From: Fidelibacterota bacterium
Lineage (GTDB): Bacteria > Fidelibacterota > Fidelibacteria > Fidelibacterales > DSDE01
Assembly (NCBI GenBank): GCA_046735395.1
Contig: JBJKQR010000031.1
Coordinates: forward strand, 1 to 46,260
Reading direction: 5' to 3'
DNA: 46,260 nucleotides
Part shown: positions 35,677 to 44,887 of the stretch, in pieces
How the letters are laid out: each line of letters opens with the position of its first letter
Position numbering within the stretch: position 1 is the first letter of the stretch
The notes under the pieces: model-generated
Told to the model about the DNA's origin: nothing
Database searches by the model: none
What the model saw: only the letters and a program-made list of their open reading frames with translations
Translations under genes and position numbers: made by a program

Positions 35677-36519
35677 ATGCGAATCGGATCTTATGAGTGC
35701 AGCAGCCTGATCAGCAGCAGAATCAGCCTGGACGGCGGGGCGATGTTCGGTGTCGTTCCCCGGACCCTGTGGAGCCGGGATTATCCGCCGGATGAGCAGA
35801 ATCGCATAGAAATGGTGACCCGTTCCCTGCTGCTCCGTGACGGGAAAGATGTCATCCTGATCGATACCGGAGCCGGAGACCGCTGGGATGAGAAGAGCCG
35901 CAGTATTTACGGAATCCGGGAGGAAAAATCGCTGGAAGAGTCCCTGAATGATCTGGGTATTCAGGCCGGCGATGTATCACTTGTCATTCACACGCATCTG
36001 CATTTCGATCATTGCGGCGGCTCGGTCTGTGTCCGCGACGGAGATCTCGTACCCCGTTTTCCCAATGCCGAATATATTGTTCATCCCAGACACCTGGAAT
36101 GGGCGCTGTCGCCGTCGGCCCGGGACCGGGCAAGTTTTCGGCCGGATGATTTCATTCCCCTGCAGAAATCGGGACAGCTGCGCAGCGTGGATGCCGGAGA
36201 AATCCGTCCTCATCTCGAATTGCTGACGGCGCAGGGACATACGCCCTATCAGTTTCTGCCCCGCGTTTATGATGATCAGGCGTCACTTCTTTACTGTGCG
36301 GATATGGTTCCGCTCAGCGCCCAGATAAAAATTCCCTGGGTCATGGCCTATGATCTGTTTCCGCTGGAAACCGTCCGTGAAAAGGAAGCTCTCATGTCCC
36401 GGGCGGCTGCCGAAGGATGGATGCTGTTTTTCGAACACGATGCCCGGACCGCGGCGGTGCGAATCGCCTTTGACGGCAGAAATTATGTGATATCGGATCG
36501 AATACAGGAATTTGAATGA
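35677..36519 (+). CDS. MBL-fold metallo-hydrolase (YtnP-like)
   Basis: LDGGAMFGVVP, IDTG, THLHFDHCGG, GHT and FEHD motifs; ATG 35677 follows SD AGGAG and a TTGATA-17-TATGCT promoter. Confidence 0.9.
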   Translation: MRIGSYECSSLISSRISLDGGAMFGVVPRTLWSRDYPPDEQNRIEMVTRSLLLRDGKDVILIDTGAGDRWDEKSRSIYGIREEKSLEESLNDLGIQAGDVSLVIHTHLHFDHCGGSVCVRDGDLVPRFPNAEYIVHPRHLEWALSPSARDRASFRPDDFIPLQKSGQLRSVDAGEIRPHLELLTAQGHTPYQFLPRVYDDQASLLYCADMVPLSAQIKIPWVMAYDLFPLETVREKEALMSRAAAEGWMLFFEHDARTAAVRIAFDGRNYVISDRIQEFE

Positions 36520-37166
36520 CAAAGAAGGAAAAGCTGCAGGATAAACAGGTCCGTGCCGGTACGATCGTGTCCCGTCTGACGGAAGCCTATCCCGGTGCTC
36601 ACTGCGGCCTCCATCATCAGGATGCCTTTCAGCTGCTGGTGGCGACCATGCTCTCTGCCCAGTGTACGGATGACATGGTAAACCGGGTTACGCCGGCATT
36701 ATTTCGGGCCTATCCCGATGTGCAGAGCATGGCCGGTGCGGGAGAAGCAGACCTGAAGGCGCTGATCCGCCCGACGGGCTTTTTCAATACAAAGGCGCGG
36801 AATATTCTGGCCTGTTCCCGAATTCTTGTTTCGGATTATGACGGACGCGTTCCCGATACGCTGGAGGCTCTGACGGCTCTGCCGGGTGTGGGACGCAAGA
36901 CCGCCAATGTGGTACTGGGTGAAATATTCGGAATTTCCGGTATCGTGGTGGATACGCATGTGGGCCGGATCAGCCGGCGTCTGGGTTTGACCGCTCAGAC
37001 GGATCCGGTGAAAGTGGAATTTGAGCTGATGAAAGTCTTTGATCAAAAGGTCTGGACCCTTACAAACCATTTATTCATTGAACATGGCCGCGCTGTCTGC
37101 AAAGCCCGCAGGCCGGACTGTGACCTCTGCACCCTGGCCTCGCTCTGCCCGCAGGCCGGATTGTGA
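36516..37166 (+). CDS. nth: Endonuclease III
   Basis: LLVATMLSAQCTD, HhH motif LPGVGRKTANVV, VDTHV and the Fe-S motif C-x6-C-x2-C-x5-C. Confidence 0.96.
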   Translation: MTKKEKLQDKQVRAGTIVSRLTEAYPGAHCGLHHQDAFQLLVATMLSAQCTDDMVNRVTPALFRAYPDVQSMAGAGEADLKALIRPTGFFNTKARNILACSRILVSDYDGRVPDTLEALTALPGVGRKTANVVLGEIFGISGIVVDTHVGRISRRLGLTAQTDPVKVEFELMKVFDQKVWTLTNHLFIEHGRAVCKARRPDCDLCTLASLCPQAGL

Positions 37167-37345
37167 AACCTCCGTATCCTTCTTTATTTCTTGTGCTTAT
37201 AAAATTATTTGGTTAAACTTTCCGCCCGGCCAGATAAAAATGGGAGTACTTTGGCCCGTATCAGAAAGACAGATAAACAGCAGAGCCCCGGAGAGTTGAT
37301 CCCGAGTCGGCAGCACGAAAAATTATTGGAAGAATAGGAAAGACC

Positions 37346-38071
37346 ATGACAAAAAACACCTTTGACATCATTATTCTGAATGGCCGTCCGGCCTCGGGAA
37401 AATCCGAAGTGATAGACTATATCAAGAAAACCGAGGCGGCAGAACGTGCACGCCGCTTTCATGTGGCCGAATTCGATGATATTGATGATTTCCCCATGCT
37501 CTGGACCTGGTTTGAAGATGATGCCATCCTCGAAAAAGTGCTTCACAAACCGCGTATCAATTCGGATGCGGACGGATATTTTCTGCATGATTACCAGTGG
37601 CATCTTCTCATCGAACGCCTCTCTCTCGAGTATCAGAAACGGCTGAGAGACCGGGAGGATTATCATGGCCGCTATACGACGCTTGTGGAATTTTCCCGCG
37701 GGAGTGAACACGGCGGTTATACGGAGGCCTATCCCCACCTGAGTGATGACATCCTGAGCCGGGCCGTTGTGTTCTATATTGATGTCCCCTTTGAGGAATC
37801 CCTGAGGAAGAACCGGCGCCGTTTCAATCCGGACAAGCCCGACAGCATTCTGGAACACGGCCTTCCCGACGAAAAGCTCGAACGGATGTACAAGGACGTG
37901 GACTGGGAGGAATTTCGCGGAGACGACCCGGATTATCTGCATGTCCGCGGGCACAAGGTTCCCTATGTGGTTCTGCATAATGAACCGGATATTACCACTG
38001 CCCGGGACGAAAATCTGGGTGCTGCGCTGGAAGAACTCTTTTCACGTCTCTGGACTCTGAAAAACAAATAA
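37346..38071 (+). CDS. P-loop NTPase, nucleoside/nucleotide-kinase-like, function unknown
   Basis: IILNGRPASGKS Walker A; VEFSRG; YIDVPFEESLRKNRRR lid-like segment. Confidence 0.75.
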   Translation: MTKNTFDIIILNGRPASGKSEVIDYIKKTEAAERARRFHVAEFDDIDDFPMLWTWFEDDAILEKVLHKPRINSDADGYFLHDYQWHLLIERLSLEYQKRLRDREDYHGRYTTLVEFSRGSEHGGYTEAYPHLSDDILSRAVVFYIDVPFEESLRKNRRRFNPDKPDSILEHGLPDEKLERMYKDVDWEEFRGDDPDYLHVRGHKVPYVVLHNEPDITTARDENLGAALEELFSRLWTLKNK

Positions 38072-38101
38072 CGATTTTTTTAAAATATTTGAAATTCCCG
38101 G

Positions 38102-38132
38102 ACTCCGGCCAGTACTTGCCGGAGTTTTTTTA
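38102..38132 (+). terminator. Intrinsic terminator
   Basis: ACTCCGGC-CAGTACTT-GCCGGAGT followed by a T-run. Confidence 0.75.
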
Positions 38133-38214
38133 TCCGTTCAAAAGGGGACAATTCCGAGGGCCTTGTGAAAAAATGCCGATTGTGTGTGTCTTCAATATTG
38201 CGTAGCTTCGCGCC

Positions 38215-39534
38215 GTGAATACGAAATACTTCGATTACAATTTCAGGAATATTTTCCGCTTCTGGTCTCCGCTGGCGGCGACCTGGCTTCTCATGTCCGT
38301 GGAAGGCCCTTTTCTCGCGGCCATCATCGCCCGCCTGGCCGATCCCAAGTTCAATCTTGCTGCCTACGGGGTGGCCTTTTCATTCGCGATGATTGTGGAG
38401 GCGCCCATCATCATGCTGCTGTCCGCCTCAACCGCTCTGGTCTCTGACAGCCGCAGTTACCGGAAACTCCGGAACTTCACAACCATCCTCAATTCGGGGA
38501 TTACCCTGTTCATGCTTTTCTTTCTCCTGCCGCCGGTTTTTCAGAAAATCGCCGGAGACTGGATCGGCCTGGATCCGATTGTTGTTCACTATACTCATGT
38601 GGCCACGTTCATTCTTCTGCCCTGGCCGGCAGCCATTGGTTATCGCCGTTTTTATCAGGGCGTACTCATCCGAAGCAATGCCACACGGTTTGTCGCCATC
38701 GGAACCGGGGTCCGGCTGGTTTCCATGGCCAGTATGGGCCTGTTTTTATTCTTCCGGGGCACGGCCGGGCATATCGTCGGGGCGGCGGCCCTGTCGACCG
38801 GGGTCACGGCAGAATCCATTTTCATTTATTTTGCAAGCATTCCTGTTGTCAGAGCCGTAAAGAATTCGGAAGATGATCCGGACGCCGTGGTCCGCTATCG
38901 CCAGATTTCGCGTTTTTATTATCCTCTGGCTCTCACCTCCATCCTGACGCTGGGCGTGAATCCGCTTGTGACCTTTTTCATGGGCCAGAGCCGGCTTGCC
39001 CTGGAATCGCTGGCGATTCTGCCGGTTGTGAATTCGCTGGTCTTTATCTTTCGGGGCGTGGGTCTGAGTTTTCAGGAAGCGGCCATCACGCTCATATCAG
39101 CTCAGCGGCAAGAATACCTGATTGTCCGGCGATTTGCCACACTGATCGGTTTGATTACGGTCAGCGGACTGCTGCTGACGGCCTTTACGCCACTGGGGCA
39201 TATCTGGTTTACGCTTGTCTCGGGGCTGGCACCCGACCTGGCAAATCTGGGACATGTTCCCCTGAAGATCATGTCAATTTTCCCGGCGCTTACCGTGCTG
39301 ATCGCTTTCCAGAGGGCCTTTCTGATTCGGTTCAAACATACGGCCCCGATTACGGTGGCGACACTTGTTGAAGTGGGCGGAATCGTCATCGGACTGACCA
39401 TCGCCGTCCGGCATTTTGATCTGCCGGGCATCTATGCTGCAGCCATCGCCTACCTGAGCGGCCGGCTGGCTGCCAATATCTACCTTGCTTTTCCCTATCT
39501 GAAATATCGTATTCGCCATATCACGGCAGAGTAG
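38215..39534 (+). CDS. MATE/MOP-superfamily transporter (ANKH-like subfamily)
   Basis: FWSPLAATWLLMSVEGP, LAAYGVA, PWPAAIGYRRFYQGVLI and FYYPLALTS motifs; about 12 TM segments. Confidence 0.8.
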   Translation: MNTKYFDYNFRNIFRFWSPLAATWLLMSVEGPFLAAIIARLADPKFNLAAYGVAFSFAMIVEAPIIMLLSASTALVSDSRSYRKLRNFTTILNSGITLFMLFFLLPPVFQKIAGDWIGLDPIVVHYTHVATFILLPWPAAIGYRRFYQGVLIRSNATRFVAIGTGVRLVSMASMGLFLFFRGTAGHIVGAAALSTGVTAESIFIYFASIPVVRAVKNSEDDPDAVVRYRQISRFYYPLALTSILTLGVNPLVTFFMGQSRLALESLAILPVVNSLVFIFRGVGLSFQEAAITLISAQRQEYLIVRRFATLIGLITVSGLLLTAFTPLGHIWFTLVSGLAPDLANLGHVPLKIMSIFPALTVLIAFQRAFLIRFKHTAPITVATLVEVGGIVIGLTIAVRHFDLPGIYAAAIAYLSGRLAANIYLAFPYLKYRIRHITAE

Positions 39535-39565
39535 CTCACGGCCTGATACGAAACCTTTTCCGGCT

Positions 39566-40165
39566 CTAAAACGAGAAGGTACCCAGCTGAATGGTGACGG
39601 ATTTGCCTCCCCAGGAAGCCTTGCCGTCGGCGACGCGGTTCAGATTATGGGTCTCAAAACCTGCCGCCACGGAAAGTGCTGAGCGTCCGCTCATCTTGAA
39701 ATCGATTCCGAAATACATCCCGCCATAATAGCCGGGAATGCTTTCCATCTGTTTGAATTTTTTAAAAAAATCTGTGTACTCCGGCGTATCAAGGCCAATT
39801 GCGAGGCCGCCCTGGGCCGAAACAAAAGGCGAAAAACTGTTATCAAGCATTCCGCGAAACATGGGATATTTCACGATGAGGCCGGTCTTGATGAAATCCA
39901 GGGATATTTCATTCAACTTATGAGGATAGCCCCAGTAATCGTAATAGGTCTGCTCGGTAATGGTCAGCCAACCCGCGTAGAGTCCGTACTGGAGACGCGG
40001 CCCGCCCCATTGCGTGAAGGCTCCCACAGAGGCGCCGATGTCATCAATGTGAAAATCCAGGCCCCGGTAACGGTTAATATCCGCCATCGTCCTGTCGGCG
40101 GAGCCGGCATTTTGAGCCCCAATGAGCAGGAGAACCGTTAACCAGAACATCAATCTTGTTTTCAT
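39566..40165 (-). CDS. Exported hypothetical protein, probable outer-membrane beta-barrel
   Basis: ATG 40165 after GAGG; signal peptide MKTRLMFWLTVLLLIGA; Gly/aromatic strands; C-terminal F. Confidence 0.65.
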   Translation of the reverse strand: MKTRLMFWLTVLLLIGAQNAGSADRTMADINRYRGLDFHIDDIGASVGAFTQWGGPRLQYGLYAGWLTITEQTYYDYWGYPHKLNEISLDFIKTGLIVKYPMFRGMLDNSFSPFVSAQGGLAIGLDTPEYTDFFKKFKQMESIPGYYGGMYFGIDFKMSGRSALSVAAGFETHNLNRVADGKASWGGKSVTIQLGTFSF

Positions 40166-40172
40166 ATCAACC

Positions 40173-40754
40173 TCAGTAATTTTCCAGTATTTCATTGTAT
40201 CGGAAGCAGCTGACCAGGTGGTCGTTCACCATGCCCGCCGCCTGCATGAAGGCATAACAGATGGTCGTTCCCACAAAGGAAAAGCCGTCCTTTTTCAGCG
40301 CCTTGCTCATGGCATCGCTTTCGGGAGTGGATACCGGAATGTCCTTCAGCGTTTTCCAGTGATTCACTTTTGGTTTTCCGCCCGTAAACTGCCAGAGATA
40401 TCCGGAAAAATCCAGTCCCCGGTCTCTGAGACGGAGAAAGGCGTCCGCATTCCGTCTGGTGGCGTCGATTTTGGCCCGGTTCCGGATAATTCCGCTGTTT
40501 TCCAGAAGGGCTGCCCGTTTTGCATCATCCCAGGCAACGATGCGCTCCGGATCAAAGCCGTCAAAGGCCTCGCGGAAATTTTCCCGCTTCTTCAGGATGA
40601 TTTCCCAGTTCAGTCCGGCCTGGAAGGCGTCGAGTACAAAAAATTCAAATAGCTTCAGGGAGTCATGCAGGGGCACGCCCCATTCCGTATCATGGTAACG
40701 GATCATCAGGTCATTGCGGCTTGACCATCCGCAGCGCTGCACTTCATTTGTCAT
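40173..40754 (-). CDS. tag: DNA-3-methyladenine glycosylase I
   Basis: RCGW, YHDTEWG, FQAGLNW, IIRNRAKI and GTTICYAFMQAAGMVNDH motifs. Confidence 0.96.
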   Translation of the reverse strand: MTNEVQRCGWSSRNDLMIRYHDTEWGVPLHDSLKLFEFFVLDAFQAGLNWEIILKKRENFREAFDGFDPERIVAWDDAKRAALLENSGIIRNRAKIDATRRNADAFLRLRDRGLDFSGYLWQFTGGKPKVNHWKTLKDIPVSTPESDAMSKALKKDGFSFVGTTICYAFMQAAGMVNDHLVSCFRYNEILENY

Positions 40755-41689
40755 GGTTGTCCGTCCTCTTTCTTATGAAAAGCCAGGTTGCGCTGAATCA
40801 TCACGTATTTCTGCCGTGTCATCGCCGTTCTGCGCGTCAGTTTTTTATAGCCGGCCGGGCCGAGTTGTTCCCAGAATTCCGGACTCTGTCCGTGCAGCTC
40901 CGTCCGCGGCGCCATATCCGGATTGCGGAAGGGCGCGGACAGCCGCAGATTCCAGGGACAGACATCCTGACAGATGTCGCAGCCATAAATCCAGCTGCTG
41001 AGTTTTAAATCAGCCGGCAGTGTATCCTGGCGATTTTCAATTGTATGATAGGATATACATTTATCTGCTGAGATTTCATAGGGAACATCGAGCGCTCCGG
41101 TTGGGCAGGCATCCTGACATTTATGGCAGCGGCCGCAAAAATCGGGCAGTTCTTCAGACGTCCGGTCCACATCCATATTCAGGTAGATTCCGCCTATAAA
41201 GAGCCAGGACCCGAATTCGCGATGGATGATATTCGTATTCTTTCCCATCCAGCCGATGCCGGCACGGCGGGCCCAGGCTTTTTCCATGACCGGTGCCGTA
41301 TCGCAGAAAACACGGCCCTGCAGGTCCGGGTTCTCCTTCCGCATCCGATCCAGAATGCAGTACAGTGTCTTTTTTACACTGTGATGATAATCCGTTCGGG
41401 TGACATAGCGGCTGACTCGCACGGAATCGGGCGGCCTGTCCGGCAATTCCGAATAATAATTTATTCCGATCTTCAGGATGCTTTTGCAGCCTTTGTAGGC
41501 AAGCTCCGGATTGCTGCGCTGTTCCGTGTTCCCTTCCATCCAGGCCATCGTGCCATGACGGCCGGATTCCAGCCAGGTGGTCAGAAATGCGGCCTCAGTT
41601 TCCAATTTCCGGGCCCGGGCAATTCCCCAGGTATCGGCTCCGCAGCTGCTGCAGAGCCGGGAAAGTCTGTCATAGTTCAGCATCGTCAT
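40751..41689 (-). CDS. queG: tRNA epoxyqueuosine(34) reductase
   Basis: GRHGTMAWM, SRY...DYH, DTAPVMEKAWARRAGIGWMGKN, CGRCHKCQDACPT, CISY and YGCDICQDVCPWN. Start 41689 chosen over TTG 41728. Confidence 0.93.
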   Translation of the reverse strand: MTMLNYDRLSRLCSSCGADTWGIARARKLETEAAFLTTWLESGRHGTMAWMEGNTEQRSNPELAYKGCKSILKIGINYYSELPDRPPDSVRVSRYVTRTDYHHSVKKTLYCILDRMRKENPDLQGRVFCDTAPVMEKAWARRAGIGWMGKNTNIIHREFGSWLFIGGIYLNMDVDRTSEELPDFCGRCHKCQDACPTGALDVPYEISADKCISYHTIENRQDTLPADLKLSSWIYGCDICQDVCPWNLRLSAPFRNPDMAPRTELHGQSPEFWEQLGPAGYKKLTRRTAMTRQKYVMIQRNLAFHKKEDGQP

Positions 41690-41833
41690 TCGAAAATTTA
41701 CATCATATTCACTGGAACTGTCAGCCAAATTTACAGGAAGGCCCGATTTCCGCCGAAAACGATCCGCGGCCGATCACGCCTCACTGCATTACAGTGCTTG
41801 TATATCAGCCCTGTTTCTGTTTAGATTTGGATT

Positions 41834-42481
41834 ATGAAACGTGCAGGAACGACTCACGAACTCAGCCGGCGGGCGGCCATCAATATTCTGATGCTGCTGC
41901 TGTTCGCCGTTCTGCTGATTCCTCTGAATGAAGTGACGCTGGGGCACAAACTGAAGCTGATCGCCATTCATGCCGGCCTGAATCAGACGGCGCTGTTTGT
42001 TCTGGGTCTGAACAGCCTGCTGGTGCTCATCAGCTGGATCTTTCCCCGGGAGATGTATGCCCGGCTCATCAAATTCGGAATGGCCTATGCCGTCTTTCTC
42101 TGGATTCTCAATTATTCGGTCATGCTTTTAGTGACGCGGCTGACCTGGGGCGGTTTTGACTGGAATGAACCCCGTATGGCGGCGAGTACGGAACTGCTGT
42201 TTATCCTTCTGCCCTACATAGGGCTTAATCTGATTATCGGCTATGACTGGCTCATCCGTTTCACGACTCTGATGATGGGTATTTTTTCTCAATTTCTTAT
42301 CCGCTTTGCGCCCGTTGTGACCCACCCGGCAGATCCTGTCGGCGCGGCGGCGGATCCCCGGCTCCGTTTTCATTTCATCGCGCTGTCCTTTCTAATTCTG
42401 GTCTTTTTTCTATACAACGGATGGATACTGTTCAGATCCTATTATTCTCTGAACCAGCACAAGGAAGCGAAACATGAGTGA
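41834..42481 (+). CDS. Membrane protein, divergent CcmC/CcsA (cytochrome c assembly)-like
   Basis: About 6 TM segments; KLIAIHA, TWGGFDWNEPR (WGxxWxWDPR-like) and VTHP. Confidence 0.5.
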   Translation: MKRAGTTHELSRRAAINILMLLLFAVLLIPLNEVTLGHKLKLIAIHAGLNQTALFVLGLNSLLVLISWIFPREMYARLIKFGMAYAVFLWILNYSVMLLVTRLTWGGFDWNEPRMAASTELLFILLPYIGLNLIIGYDWLIRFTTLMMGIFSQFLIRFAPVVTHPADPVGAAADPRLRFHFIALSFLILVFFLYNGWILFRSYYSLNQHKEAKHE

Positions 42482-43505
42482 CCGAAAGAAACGGATTGCT
42501 GTCATCGGGGCCGGCGCCATCGGAGCCGTGTCTGCTGCGTTTATGACACTGAAGGGATTTGATGTTGCCCTGATTACCAAACATCAGGAACTCGCGGACC
42601 GGATCAACGAGAAGGGTGTGCAGCTACGGGGGATCCGTGGTGATTTTTCCGTGCGCCTGAAAGCCTTCGCGGCCTACTCGGACATGGACTTCGAACCGGA
42701 TGTGATTTTTCATGCAACCAAGGCGTATGATTTGTCCGAATCTCTGAAGGAATTAAAGACACGCGTACCCGAAAAGACCATTCTGGTATCCATGCAGAAT
42801 GGAATGTGCGAGGATGAATTCATGGAGGTTTTTGGTCCGGAGAGAGTGATCGGCTGTGTGGTGGGATGGGGTTCTACGTATATAGACAACGGCGTCTACG
42901 AGATGACGACACGCGGTGAATTCGTCATCGGTGCCTTTCACGAAGCGGCGTCCGTCCATCTGAATGAGATTCGCGATATGCTGAACTCGGTCTTTCCCGT
43001 CTCGATTTCCTCAAATATGCGGGGATATCTGTACAGTAAACTCATCATCAATTCTGCCATCACGTCCCTGGGCCTGATCAGCGGAATGACACTGGGGCAG
43101 ATGCTGAAAAAAAGAGGAATCCGAAAATTATTCATACGGATCATGAAGGAAGCGATGGGGGTTGCGGCGGCCATGGGTCTCCGCGTGGAGCCCTATACCG
43201 GGAAACTGGATTATACGCTGTTTCTGGATGACAGTCAGTTGATTCAGCGGCTCCGCCAGCATCTGATAATTCGAATTATCGGGTATAAATATCGACGTCT
43301 CCATTCATCCGCGCAGCAGTCTCTCGAGCGGGGACGGCCGACTGAGATACCCTGGCTGAATGGATATATCGTCCGGAATGCGGAAAAATATGGCGTACAG
43401 GCATCTCTGAACGGGGCAGTCATCAGGGCTACGGAGGAGATTGCATCGGGACAGCGTAAATGGGGCCCGGAATCAATAAAGAGTTTAATAAAGGACTTTG
43501 CATGA
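42474..43505 (+). CDS. panE: Ketopantoate reductase (ApbA/PanE family)
   Basis: GAGAIG, ATKAYD, MQNG, YSKLIIN and SSAQQSLERGRPTEIPWLNG motifs. Confidence 0.85.
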   Translation: MSDRKKRIAVIGAGAIGAVSAAFMTLKGFDVALITKHQELADRINEKGVQLRGIRGDFSVRLKAFAAYSDMDFEPDVIFHATKAYDLSESLKELKTRVPEKTILVSMQNGMCEDEFMEVFGPERVIGCVVGWGSTYIDNGVYEMTTRGEFVIGAFHEAASVHLNEIRDMLNSVFPVSISSNMRGYLYSKLIINSAITSLGLISGMTLGQMLKKRGIRKLFIRIMKEAMGVAAAMGLRVEPYTGKLDYTLFLDDSQLIQRLRQHLIIRIIGYKYRRLHSSAQQSLERGRPTEIPWLNGYIVRNAEKYGVQASLNGAVIRATEEIASGQRKWGPESIKSLIKDFA

Positions 43506-44269
43506 AACTCATCTCTTGGAATGTGAACGGCCTCCGGGCAGTGATGAAAAAGGGCTTTGTTGATACGGTGCGCGGGATGAACCCCGATATCCTCTGCATA
43601 CAGGAAACCAAGATGCAGCCGGACCAGGTAACGGAGGAAATTTCCGGGATTGAGGATTACCGCAGTTATTTTTTTTCTGCCGAGCGGAAGGGATACAGTT
43701 CGGTCGCGACCTATACCCGTCCCGAACCGCTGCAGATTCAGACCGGGTTCCCTGAGGGCTGGAACGATAACGAGGGACGGGTGCTCATGACCGAGTATCC
43801 GGAATTTATGCTGTTTAATATTTATTTCCCGAATGGTCAGCGGGACGAGGAACGCCTGGCCTATAAACTGGCTTTTTATGATCATGCGCTGGCGTATTTT
43901 GATACTCTTCGTGCTGGCGGAAAATCACTCGTGATCTGCGGAGATTATAATACCGCCCACCATCCCATCGATCTGGCCCGGCCCCGTGAAAACGAGAAGA
44001 CCTCCGGGTTTCTTCCCATTGAACGGGCCTGGATGGACAAGCTGGAAGATCACGGCTATGTGGACAGCTTCCGGATGCTGCATCCGGATGAGGCGGATCA
44101 GTATTCGTGGTGGAGTTTCAGGGCCCGTGCCCGGGAAAACAATGTGGGATGGAGAATCGATTACTTCTATATCAGCCCGGATCTGAAGGATTCGCTCAAA
44201 GACGCCTTCATTCTTCAGGATGTCATGGGGTCGGATCATTGTCCCGTCGGAATCGAGCTGGATTTCTGA
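43502..44269 (+). CDS. xth: Exodeoxyribonuclease III / AP endonuclease
   Basis: MKLISWNVNGLRA, QETK, EGR, YFPNG, CGDYNTAH, GWRIDY and GSDHCP; ATGA overlap with panE. Confidence 0.96.
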   Translation: MKLISWNVNGLRAVMKKGFVDTVRGMNPDILCIQETKMQPDQVTEEISGIEDYRSYFFSAERKGYSSVATYTRPEPLQIQTGFPEGWNDNEGRVLMTEYPEFMLFNIYFPNGQRDEERLAYKLAFYDHALAYFDTLRAGGKSLVICGDYNTAHHPIDLARPRENEKTSGFLPIERAWMDKLEDHGYVDSFRMLHPDEADQYSWWSFRARARENNVGWRIDYFYISPDLKDSLKDAFILQDVMGSDHCPVGIELDF

Positions 44270-44284
44270 TCTCTGCTGATAGAT

Positions 44285-44824
44285 TTATTCGTTTTGCCTG
44301 ATATTCAATTTCTGATCCGGAAACAGGAGAGATTTGGCGTCGAATCCCTTCGATTCAATAAAAGCCATGAGTTTCAGTAAATCCTGATCGGACACTTTGG
44401 GCTGGCGCGAAAGGACCCAGAGATAATTTCGGCTGGATCCGCAGACAATGGCCTGATCACGGTTTTCACTCATATATATGACATTGTAGGCCGCCCGGAA
44501 GGGCCGGAAAAAGGTGACCGTCAGATGTCCGGATCCATCGGTGCTGCGCAGCTGTGCCCGGCCGCGTATTTCCTTCCAACGTTCCTTTTTTGTATCAAAT
44601 CCGCGGTTTACCACCGTAATGTCCCGGTCCGGTCCGGAAAGATAGGTGGCCGTTACGGCATCCAGCCCCCGCTCAAAGCGGTGATCCAACCGGGCGATTT
44701 CGTACCATTTGCCCAGATAGGCATCTGCATCAAAGTCCTGGATAGCCTCCACGTTTTCGGGGATGCTTCGACAGGCAAAGAGAAGCATGAACGTGAGCGC
44801 CGGCACAAATAAATGTTTCATCAT
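44285..44824 (-). CDS. blc: Outer-membrane lipoprotein lipocalin Blc
   Basis: Lipobox LFAC; YLGKWYEIARLDHRFERG and YLWVLSR; ATG after AAGGAG. Confidence 0.9.
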   Translation of the reverse strand: MMKHLFVPALTFMLLFACRSIPENVEAIQDFDADAYLGKWYEIARLDHRFERGLDAVTATYLSGPDRDITVVNRGFDTKKERWKEIRGRAQLRSTDGSGHLTVTFFRPFRAAYNVIYMSENRDQAIVCGSSRNYLWVLSRQPKVSDQDLLKLMAFIESKGFDAKSLLFPDQKLNIRQNE

Positions 44825-44887
44825 GTTCGCTCCTTGTTTGGGGTGACCATTCATTAAATTCGGCCTGTTGCCGAATATCATCTGCAC

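Noticed and set aside
369..44269. A dedicated DNA-repair or defence island
   Set aside because: The repair genes (ssb, AddAB fusion, nth, tag, xth) are dispersed among unrelated housekeeping genes in different operons, and I noticed no shared operator.
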